Shown here: positions 1 through 11,394 of the stretch, in pieces
Position numbering within the stretch: position 1 is the first letter of the stretch
How the letters are laid out: the number at the start of each line of letters is the position of its first letter
Origin: Conidiobolus incongruus B7586
Taxonomy: Eukaryota
Length of the DNA: 36,641 nt
Assembly (NCBI GenBank): GCA_000697335.1
Contig: JNEM01012051.1
Coordinates: 1 to 36,641, forward strand
Direction: 5' to 3'
The notes under the pieces: model-generated
What the model saw: only the letters and a program-made list of their open reading frames with translations
Database searches by the model: none
Told to the model about the DNA's origin: nothing
Made by a program: the position numbers and the translations under genes

Positions 1-1236
1 TAAATAAATATATACAAAGTTAATAGGATATTATATTTTTTTAATATATATATATTATAATTTTTTTTATTAAAATTAACTTTTTAAAATTGGTTGTTTA
101 ATTTAATTATATTTAAACTAAATAGTAGTTATCAAAAGTCTTTTATTTTAGTATCAATATAACTTAACCATAAATCCTCTAAAATTATTTAAAATTTATA
201 AGCAGCTTTTGGTAATAAAATATTATTTAAATTAATAATTTATTGCTAAGTAAATCATTTAAAGATTAAAAAAGAAACTATCTAAAACCTATCAAAATCT
301 AAAAGACTAACTTCAACTGTTATTCTTTTAATTATTAATAGAACAAAAAAATATATTGAAAAACATCTTTTTATTTTAGTAAGAGAATTATCCAAGCACT
401 TTAATATTAGTGTTATAAGTATTCTATATATATTAAAGTTTAAACTCAAATTAATAAATAAAAATATAAAATAGGTACCTTATAATTCAACTAAAGCTTA
501 AAAAAAGCTAGAGTAGTTATTACTAAACAAAACATACTAAAATATTACCAGAAGCCTAAACTTTTAAAATGAATAATTGTGATTAATGAATATTAAATCC
601 CTATATATAATCCTTTACTAAAACATAAATCAAGATGCTAGATTAAGCCAAATCAACCCCCTCCACAAATCCCTTTAAATAAGCATTTTGCTAATAAGTG
701 AATATTAATTATTATAATAGATTATAATGTTATATGCTACTTTTATTTAGTTTCTGAAGGAAAATCAATTAATAGTAAACTTTATATTGCTTTTTTAAAT
801 AAAAGTATTTCTAATTGATGTTCTTAATATAATTTGAGAAGACTTATTATTTTACATGATAATTGCAAAATACATCAATCTAAAGCTATAAAAAACTTTC
901 TAATTAAAAATAGCTGGAAAGAACTACCATATTTAATATACTCCCTAGATTATAACCCATATGATTATAATTGCTTTGGGTAATTAAAAAACCAGCTTAC
1001 AGAAAAGAAAATTTTTGCAAGAAAATTTAATTGGTTTATGAAACATCAAATTTTAGTCTTTAATAAAAAGAACTGTTTTTTAAGTATTAGATATTTGCTA
1101 AAAGTATAGCAAAAAGTTATTAATAATAAAGGAAATTATTAAATTTATATTATATATTTATTTTTATATATTATATATTAAAATATTTATTTATTTTTAA
1201 TTGCAAAAAATTCCCATTATTAAAAATACAAAGTAA
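1..1236 (+). mobile_element. Degenerate mariner (DD34D) DNA transposon; left TIR lies upstream of the window
   Basis: Translation through stops. Frame from 298: SKRLTST (cf. SGRP)...VRELSKHFNIS...K*VPYN (cf. WVPHEL; TAG at 472). Frame from 561: LLK*IIVINEY*IPIYNP (cf. RIVTGDEKWIYYDNP)...IILHDNCKIH...WKELPYLIYSLDYNPYDYNCFG*LK...LLKV*QKVINNKGNY* (stop 1140-1142). Exactly 34 residues lie between the D of HDN and the D of NPYDY. Right TIR AAAAAATTCCCATTATTAAAAATACAAAGTAA ends at 1236 and is followed by TA. Confidence 0.93.
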
Positions 1237-2071
1237 TAATAATTTTGATATATTAAGTTTATGATAAAATAATTATTTTTTAATAAAATTAATTAATATT
1301 AAATTGATTTGCAAAATATCATAAGATTAAATATTAAATTTGGATTATGAAATAATAGACAAAAAATATATTATTTATATTTACAAATTAAATTAATAAA
1401 TGATATGTTAATATACCATTGTTTATTATTTAAAACTTTTGTTTTTAAAATTCAAAATTTGATTGGATTTTATTTTGATTTTTTTGAATTTTTTAAGTGG
1501 GGCTGAATTAACTAGATAGACTAAGTAAAATATTTCTTGTTAAAAAGAGATAAAGCAAAGTAAGATATTTTTATATATAATTATATCTAAATTATACTTA
1601 ATCTCAAGTATATTCAATAAATTCATCTATATTTTTTGGTGTTATAAAAATTATTTTATACTTATTTAAGTTCAATTTATCAGATTAATTAAAAAAGTTT
1701 TGAAATTTTTTGAATATATTTATTGATTAAAATATTTAATATACTTATATATACGCTGAGTGAAATAGATATAAATATTGAAGATTATTTCTTATATAAT
1801 CTAATAAGTCTTTATTTTGTATATTTTTAAAAACCCAATTATATTTTTCAAAATTCAATTTAAAATATCCAGAATTGATATTAAGTATATTTGCATTATC
1901 TCCAAATTCTATTAGCAAAATTACAACATTAACATATCAAACTTTGTTTTGATAAATTATGGTTTGAATATATGGTTTATTTTTATAAACGCACTTATGA
2001 AACTAATCTTGAAACAGTTAATGAAAAATGTTTTAAACTTCATTTGTAAAAATAATATTATTGAAAATATA

Positions 2072-2420
2072 TGATGGGGAATAATCTTGTACATCACTCA
2101 AGAAACTCCGATTACCACACTGATTCAAGGTCACATAGGAGGTCCCTCAATTCATGAACTAGTTGAACCTATCACTTAATAGACACGTCTTTCTACCTTC
2201 ATTTCAAAAGTATCCAGTCTCTAAGTTTCTCTCGTAACACTCACCAAAGCATTTAGTCGTGACGGGCGTGAGATATTTACTTTATTCGCAGTAAGCTACT
2301 TTCACCTAATTTGGCGAACTCCATTAATTTCTCCTAATTTTGTGGTAGCCTATTACTTACCAATCGCGATTCCCTATTTAAGCTCTTAAAACCTATTTCT
2401 TCCACCGGTTACAGCCGTCA
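2072..2420. mobile_element. Solo LTR (349 bp)
   Basis: GC-richer island bounded by TGATGG...CCGTCA (TG..CA, imperfect inverted termini), flanked by TATA on both sides (2068-2071, 2421-2424) as a putative 4-bp TSD; no long ORF. Confidence 0.6.
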
Positions 2421-3753
2421 TATACATCTATTTTGAAATGAAGCATTATTAGTTGAATTTCAAAAGGTAAATAATTGATAATTAAATATAATTAGATTTA
2501 TCAAAGAAAAATTACTACTATTGTGACTGAAAGGATTAAAATTAAATTTGCTGTTGTAATATATTGATCACAAATATAATAAATATTTTATATCAAGAAT
2601 TGATAATGTGAGAAAACTTTTCATTTATAAATATTCTCAGTTTATAAATTGTAATTATTGGATATTTTTTTTAATATGATTCTGTTAATTTTATAATTAT
2701 GACAAATTTGATGAATGTTGAAAAAGAAATCCAATATAATAAAATATATTTGAAATAAGCTATTAAGAATTGCTTATTAATACTTTATCAAAAATTAAAA
2801 AAATATCGCTAGAAATATTGTACGCTTTATGCTACTTATTTAAATTTAAAATTATATTCAGAAAAGAGGTTCATAATTGAATTCATCAATTTATAATAAC
2901 ATTAAATTTTATGGAATAATTGAGTTTTATAAAAATGAATAAAAAGTAATATAAAATTGTTACAAATTGCATACAATAATGAACAATTTTTTTTGCAAAC
3001 ACGTTTAAAATCTATGGTTTTTTTTTGATTTCAGATCGATAGATGATAATAATATTTCACTTTTCTTAAATATTAAAATCGTAGAATTCTCAAATTTAAA
3101 TTCATATTATTTGTTTTCTTCTGTTAGATTGAAACATTTAAATTCTATTCTGATTCTCTAATAACTTGAAAGTATTTTATTTTCAAGTGCGATATTTTGG
3201 ATAAAAAATTTATCCTTCCTCCAAAGAGAAAATCAAATTTTCTATTAAACTTTATAAATATTACAATTATCTAATTAATTTCCGATTTCACTTTTATGTA
3301 TATCAGATTGGTTAAAATTATATCAATATTTGAATATCACAAAATATGCACATAACAATCATTGTAAATTCAATTTATTTTTAATAAGCATAAACTTTTA
3401 TAATTATATATTTGATTCAGAGTATTAAATTACATTAATTATATATGAAAATAAATACCATAGATGCTCCTCTATATCAAATTATTTAATGAATATATTT
3501 TTACTATGGGTTTAATATATTGATTATGCATACATCATATAAATTAGAGATATTTATAACTTTAGCCGTTTAATATATTTTAATTACTAATTTCAAATTA
3601 TTCGGACTAATATATGAACAGCTCACAGCTTGAAAAAGTAGGTATATATAGTTTAACATTATAATTCAAAGAGTTAGGTGCAAATTTGAAATAAATATCA
3701 TTATGCTAATTGTGAAAGTTATTATACAACCACAAAAATTACGACAATTATAT

Positions 3754-4087
3754 TGTCACGGGCCGGAGGACCCGTTCGTCCTTAACAATTCAATTCATTC
3801 GAGAACCCCGTCACAGATCCACCTGCAACGTGACCACAAAATACACCCGAGCAATGCAATCAATCGTTCCATCCGACGTACGGTTCGTACGCTGGGAAGA
3901 CACGTCAAACAAACTATAAATATGCCGACTACAACCAAGTTATCACGTCGGTCCTCTTCCTATGGTACAGCCCAATAATCCAGGTTAAACAATAAATTAC
4001 CCATTTTATATCACCAAACAGGTGCCGTCCTGGAAGACGACTATTTACTTAAAAGTTATTGGACACTTGACTTCCCAGCCAGTGTCA
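3754..4087. mobile_element. Solo LTR (334 bp)
   Basis: Starts TGTCACGG and ends AGTGTCA (termini TGTCAC vs rc TGACAC), flanked by ATAT (3750-3753, 4088-4091) as a putative TSD. GC-rich against the background, with internal hairpins. Confidence 0.6.
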
Positions 4088-4162
4088 ATATAATTAAAAT
4101 GAAATCAAATTCTTTGAATTTATTCCAACATAATGTAGTAATACCGATTACTAGTGGAAAAT

Positions 4163-4493
4163 TGATAATAGAGAAGGGAGCGGCTTACCCGTAGTTTGTA
4201 TGATACTTTAATTTAAGGTGCTTTGTTAGGTTATTAAGAGGTTAATGGGCTTCACAGAAGACTAGAGGCGATGTTGAAAATTATCTCTACCATGGTTCAT
4301 TTATAGACCATTCTTTCGGTCGTAGGTAGTGTAAATATGTATATTAGATCCTGAGAATAATGAGAGCTTGAAGTAGTGTGAGGTGTATTCTGGGATTATA
4401 TCTATATAAGGTGATTGATTGCGAGATGAATTTGGTCGGACAGGTTGCTATCTAAGTAACCACAATTTAATAGGCCATCTCAGTGCCTGATCA
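4163..4493. mobile_element. Possible second LTR-like element (about 330 bp) next to the previous one
   Basis: GC-richer block bounded by TGATAA...TGATCA, the same size class as neighbouring solo LTRs, with a TATA-like TATATAAG near 4403. No matching TSD found. Confidence 0.35.
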
Positions 4494-6434
4494 TAGTTAA
4501 AATTTTAAATCATATTTTAAAAATTATTAGCCCGATGCTTAGTCTAAATTTCTAATATATAGCGTAAAAGCATTAAGAATGTGATTATAAATTACTCAAA
4601 ATTAATAAATTTATATATATTCAAATAATTTTAAAAAAATATTTTTGTAATTTTAATAAAATGAAATCATATTTCGAATAGCGCAAAAATAAATAAAATA
4701 AATTTTTTTACTACATTTGGTTCACTTAGAATTTGAAATTACTGTACAATTGAAAAAATACCTAAGTAAAAATACAGGACAATATTTGGTATTTGCATTA
4801 AATTCAGCTATAAAAAATATTCAAAAAGAAAATGATATTTACATTTCTCCAATTTTTTATGTATTTATATTTGAATTTTCACTTACATATTTGCAATCTT
4901 AGTACTATAATTGTTTTGCTAATTTTTAATTAACAAAATTAATCCATAAAATCACAAATTTTGAGGGAAAAAATTAATATTTATATCCGAAGCTTTTCAA
5001 TGGCAACTAGTTATATCAATTTGATGAAATAATATAATAAAAAATTATATTATAATCTATACTAATCCAATACAATTTTATGTATTATATTATTTATAAT
5101 TCTTATAGTATAATAATTAAAATTTTAAAATAAATAATTAATTATATTAACACACATACATAAAACAATTCTTAAATAGAGTTCAAAAATTTTCATAAAA
5201 TTTTTAAAATTCTGTTGGATATATGCTAATTAATTTTGAACGGAAAAAATCGCAATCTGGTTAAAATTTTAAAAACTTAGCATGAATTAATTAGGTTATA
5301 CTTTGAGTCGTAAAAATAATGCCAAAGATATTCAAATTAATGTATTATAATTCATTCAATTTGTGAACTTAATTTTCCTATTAATCTCTTAATCATATAT
5401 TGTAACAATTGGGATAAATATCAAAATTATTAAAACTGGTATTCATTATATATTAAATCTAATATTATCACAATAAATGAAAGTATAAATATTTAGTTGA
5501 ATTAAGAATTCAAAATAATAAAATGAACAATACAGTATAAAACTGATTTATATTTAAGATAATTTGAAAATATAAAACTTAACTTGTACTTGAAAACAAT
5601 AACTGGAGTTTAAAGATAAAAATTATATACCCATCGAAATAGTTGATTTATAGTGTTACCTCGTGATAATTTTGATATAAAAAGAAAATTAATAATGTAT
5701 TCATTATGGCAATAGTGTTGTCACACAGTAAAAATAATAATTTTCAATAATAGTTCTATAATAAAATTGATCCAATTATAGTTTGTATTGTTTAATTATT
5801 CTATTAATAAAAATATCAACTTTGAGTAATTTTATATATATCTAAAATCTGACTAAATTTAAATGTCATAATTGTCAAATAATACTATATTGATAATTTA
5901 ATAATCAAATTATCAAAAAGATGATGTCAATGTTAACAGTAAAAATAAAATTTTAATTCTATTAACCATAGAAGGGAAATACTAATTGTTAAATAAATTC
6001 ATTTGGATTATAACTGAATTCTCTCTGCCAATTGAATGTGTTATCTATATCTTCAAGTGAGGCATTAATTGAAAATTTTGTGTTACAGAATTCAAATTGC
6101 ACCATCATAAGGCGGATAAATAACTGGATAGTATTTAGTTTATGTTTAGCATTAATTTATTTAAAAATTATTAATCAATAGCGGAGATAGGAATTAGTCG
6201 AATAGAAATAAGTTGATATCAAAATTTATAGTTAGGAATAAAGGTATATTAATGTTTATTATATTAATTATGGAAAATTAAAATTATCCCCTGGTTATTT
6301 TACTTGTGGGGTATACTACATTAAATTTTTATTAAGTATTCATAATGTACATACAAAATTTTCACATATAAATCCATAATAATCAGTTAGAATTACTTTA
6401 TTCAGATTGCTTACAATCATTCAATATTTCTTAG

Positions 6435-8028
6435 CCAATTGTCCTCAATTAATGCAATAATTACCTCAAACGAAAAATACGGTGCAATAAATAGAAGCCT
6501 TTTTGTCAAGGATGTATTCACCCAGGAATTTTATCAATATACACCAGTTAAAACAATGTATGAATAAATATTAAAACACCTCTTTCTAAAAAGTCCCGAA
6601 TCTGACAGTTACATTATTCCGAGCCCATCGAGTAATAATTCTGAACATAGTTCAGACCCTTGTGACCTTGGGGTGATTAACAGAATTCATCCCGACTTAC
6701 CTGCATTCAAATGAAAAATTGGTTGAAAAGATAGATCACAATACCGAAATAATTCTGCTAGGTAGCTATAAGAAATTAATATATAAGATAAATACAATAG
6801 ATCATAACTCCCGTCTATTGATTTTGATGAAAGAATTCCCATATGTATAGCATATTACGATGACTTTGGTTCTATCTACATTTGCTGAAAACCAAATTTA
6901 AAAGCATTTCCATTGCCAATTACCATCAATCAGGTCATGGAAATCGCCAATAAAGCTATGAAACTTCTGCAGCAAGAGAAAAGGAAAAATCACCTAGCAC
7001 TTGATGTGGTTTAGTTTAACCTTGCCTTATTATACCTTTTTTGAGAATCAATAAGAATCAGGGTGGTTGAGCATCGGAGTTGGGTGCCAGCTTGCTCAAA
7101 GGATCTGATTGGATCAAATGATTGATTGTCCCAGTGAGCTTATTCCAAATGGCGATGTCGGTGCTTTATATGATGAAATAATGACAAGTTCTTGGTGGTG
7201 AATTTACAAGACTTCTCCTTGAACTTAGTATGCAATCGCCCCTATTATTTTAAAGATTATGAGTTTTCACTATTAGCTTTCTTAGAATTTATAGAAAAAT
7301 GTCCGGTGCATTTCCTAAACTTTCACAAATACAATTATGATAACATGGGGAAATGAAAATCGAAGCTTTGCTACCATTGTTAAATAAAATTAAAGGCATT
7401 AGAATTACTTTTGAATTGAATGGAGATAAAATAATGTTTAACAATCCTGCATTCAAAACTCAAATTATTGATCCAATGCATGAAAGCTCCATTTACTATA
7501 GTTATGGAAATATTCACTGGTATGTCGAATATGAACTGTTATAAATTGAGTGTAGCAAATGGCTAATTTATGTTACCAAACAGTTTCCAATCAACCATTA
7601 CCTCGAGAGTACCTTTCCTCCTATTCATATTGAATTTGATTCAATGATTTTAGAAGTGACAATAAAAATGATGATAAATGGTACTGTAATTTTTATAGAA
7701 TATATTGAACTTACATTCGCTACTATTGTGTCTCAAAAATTCAGCTCCAAAGGATTTTATATAGCAGTTAATAATTCCAGCATTTATCAATAGTACATGT
7801 CATATAGTGGTGTGACACTTGATCCAGCGCGATATTTTATACTTTTAAATTGTATGCTAGTTTTTTACCAGTACAAACTTCCACCGATATCATTGAATTA
7901 TGCTAATTAGATAAGCAAGAAATCATTCAATTAAATGTCAATTTTTCGAATTGTAATACACTTACCAAATAATAAAATAATCTTTTCAGAAAAAATTTGA
8001 ATTAATCAAGAATAACATTTGTCAATAA
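6435..8028 (+). pseudogene. Pseudogene of a Zn(II)2Cys6/Fungal_trans TF, paralogue of the gene at 11395-13047
   Basis: Collinear with the intact paralogue: PIVLN*CNNYLKRKIRCNK*KPFCQGCIHPG..QYTPVK (vs PVVLKSCNNCRQRKVRCDREKPFCKRCIHAG..QYTPVK), IHPDLPAFK*, QVMEIANKAMKLLQQEKRKNHLAL, SWW*IY, SQKFS, LVFYQYKLPP, FQKKFELIKNNICQ*. Multiple in-frame stops and frameshifts, second zinc-ligand Cys lost, no ATG at the homologous start. Confidence 0.92.
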
Positions 8029-8557
8029 TTTGTATTTCACTCATTTATGAATATATAAGGTTTAGCTTTGTTAACATTATACTAATATTAGTTATAATAA
8101 CAACTAACTATATTTTGCATCAATTAATAAAACATTTTATGAATTATCAATTTTTAAATACCTTACTGATTATTTTTTATCCAAGTACAACATTTCACAG
8201 ATCAAAAACTCTTATGTTTTGAAATTTAAATCAACCAAATTTGGTCTTGATTAAAATTTAAAATATATTATTAGATATATAATACATTATATATATGTTA
8301 ACTTTGTATTTTAAAATTCAGACGAGACTATATTTATATTTAAACTCTCATTATAAATTATACACTATTAATGAAAGTTATTTGTAAATAATCAAACTTC
8401 ATAACGCTGTATAAATATATCATAATGATTTATATTTTATTAAATGGCGATAGTTTAATATTTGCACACCCAAATATGTATAATATATTTGGATTAAATT
8501 GGTGAAATTAGAATATCTAATTTGGCCAAACATTTAAGTAAAATCAATTGCTAATTT

Positions 8558-8713
8558 AGTAGGAATAGCTTTTATAATATATGCTTGATAATATATTGTC
8601 AAGTTTTTATTAAAGCATTATTAAAAACATTAAGCAATTATTTCCTTGAACATAAGTAGAAGAATAGCTTGAAATAACGCTTGATTATTGCAAGTTTTTA
8701 TGACATCATTAAA
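8558..8713. repeat. Imperfect direct repeat, two units of about 60-65 bp
   Basis: Unit 1 (about 8558-8624) AGTAGGAATAGCTT..GCTTGATAATATATTGTCAAGTTTTTAT..CATTATTAAA; unit 2 (about 8656-8713) AGTAGAAGAATAGCTT..GCTTGATTATTGCAAGTTTTTATGACATCATTAAA. Confidence 0.6.
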
Positions 8714-11394
8714 TTTTTGCAGAGTTCAGAAAAAAACAAATATTTACTATCCAATTAAAGTAATATTAGTAACATAGATATATTTAGTAACAATCACCCA
8801 TTTTTCGTTTTTCCTCAAAAAATAGATTGCATAAAAATGTAACTTAAATGAAACCAATAATTTCTGTATGTTGTATCTTGAAATACTAATTATCTTTTTA
8901 TATTTGAGATCATCAAATTATCATTTAAAAAATTTAAGCTCTTAATAATAACATATTGAAATATGAAGATGAAAACATATAAACTATACACAATAAATTA
9001 TATAAAATCACATATTAATTAATAATTTATATTGTATTAATTTTATAATACATTATTAAAAATATGAAATTAATTGTGCGACCAAATAAAATAAATTGTA
9101 TGAATATGACAATTAATACACACATAGAGTATAATGATGACCAAAATATTTGAATAGATCTGATTTTTTATAAAATGATATAAAATTTCAATTTTTCCTC
9201 CAAAACATTAGTTTTCAATAAAATTTGCATATTTATTTATTTATTTAATATTTTTTATTCATATTTGTAAAAAATGAAAATATTATCCAATAAAAATCAA
9301 ATAATATATATCATAAATTATATCATAAATTATATTAAAGCTTAATTTGGCAATAATCAATCACATAACTTTAAATATAAACAATACCTCAACACTAAAT
9401 TACCAAAGAAATATTCATATTAAATTCCATTTTGTAAACGGAGTTATTATAAAATTCAAGAATTATAAAGGTGTTTATTCTTAATTAAATATTAAAATTT
9501 TATAACATCTTTTGATAAAGATTTCAAAATATTTAAACTTATTTATTACTTAATATTTCATTGTATACAATTGTATTTGAGTATCATGCATACATAATCT
9601 CTGTAATATATTCCTATACAAATAAAATTGGATAAATCTATTTTTGAAATTTTTTTCATAACATATAAAATGTGGTATCAAGAATTGAATAAATACTTGA
9701 ACAATACATAAATGGTAATTCATTTTAATAAATAGAACTTATTTACAATTCAAAAAAAGAAAAAATAGTCGTTAATAGCCATTGGACTATTTCTGAAACA
9801 TGTGATAATTTTTAATGTAGATAGAATTAATCGAATTTAATTCATTTGAAATATCTGTTCCTAAAGTTGAAATATATTAAAAATAAGAATATTAAATGAA
9901 ATATTTATTAATACTGGGTTATTAAAAATATCGCAATATTACTACGACCAAGATATAAATGAAAATATTTAAATTCTACATGAGCTTAAATAGATAATCA
10001 TAATTACATAATGAACCATATTGATTATTATGATTTAGGTGTTAATTTCAAAAGGATATTACATATAAGGAAACTACGATAAACATTTAAAAAATTTTTG
10101 GTTACAACAGTTAATACTTTCAAATTATACACAACCATATTTAAAATTTGGAGGATACGGTCACCTATAATTTTAAACATATAATAATATAAATTTCATT
10201 CAAGTATTCAATAATATATTTCAAATTAATTATAATAATTTTTTATTCAAAAAATCTAATATTAATATAATAAAAGTAATAATTAAAATATAATTCAATA
10301 ATATATTAGATATAAAGTCTATTTCACCCACTTAATAAATCATTAATGTATTTTTTTACATATTTCATTGAATTATTTTATATTTGTAAAATTAACCAAA
10401 TAGATTATTCGATTTAATTATACACAAATTTCAGTATATTTTTAAAGTATTATTCTAATGTTATATTCAAGTATATTAATATAGATATATGATTAAAAAA
10501 TTATTTATTAACATAAAATATTATAAATTTTTTAGTGGTTTAATTCTATAGCCACTTATCAATTTTAGTGGTGATAGATTTCATTAATTCCTAGAAAGTC
10601 ATTTATAAAAACTCTTATGCATTGAATTTTGATGGTTTCAATAATATATGATGTGCAAGCCAAAAATCGAGAGAATATTTGCCATTAGAATATTAATTTC
10701 TCTAATTTTCACAAAAAATTCCTTTTTATAAGCAAATTATATAAAAATCTGATATGAAATTTCAAATTTTTTCTAATATTATATTTTTGATATTGTGTAA
10801 AAAACGAATTACAAAAACGGAAAGGATACTCAATCGTTGTGTGTATATTCCAATAGTAAAAATAGGGGGTTATTCTATTCAAACCTTTAATTTTTAGTCC
10901 AAACCAATTTCTTTTTATGAGTTATGGGCATTAGTTATATCATAGATTATCTAAATATTATATTATTTAAATTTATATTTTATGAGACAATTTTGGTGGA
11001 TTTTTATTTTAGTATAATATGCGATTTCAGGAATTCTAAAGCAAGTATGGTGATTAAGCTATTATTGTTTTATATTTATGGTTAAAGTAATATTTGGGAT
11101 CCTCTCAAAATTAATAAAACATGATTAATATTAATTTTCATATTTTAATCGGGAAATTGTGAAATTTATTTTGATTTAGTCATTAAAATTTTTTTAAAAT
11201 GAATATAATATTTTGATAAAGCTAATTATGTTTAATCATTAAATATTATTATCTTGATCAGCCCTAAATTTCCTTCAAACATTGTAATACTTTGCATTGA
11301 ATTTTCCAAATGTTATTTATTCATCGCACCGAATACTAATAATCGATTTTTGTCAAAAAAATTGATTTTCAGTAATATTTGTTAATCTCAAATA

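Noticed and set aside
3703..3978. 91-aa ORF
   Set aside because: Crosses the boundary of a solo-LTR-like element; no recognisable domain.
4717..4902. 61-aa ORF (also the 67-aa ORF at 8019-8222)
   Set aside because: TTG starts, AT-rich low-complexity translation; chance ORFs.
7353..7544. 63-aa ORF as an independent gene
   Set aside because: It is a fragment of the TF pseudogene (HWYVEY matches HWHLEY of the paralogue).
9134..9163. C/D-box snoRNA (ATGATGA...CTGA)
   Set aside because: Only about 30 nt between boxes and no recognisable rRNA guide; expected by chance.
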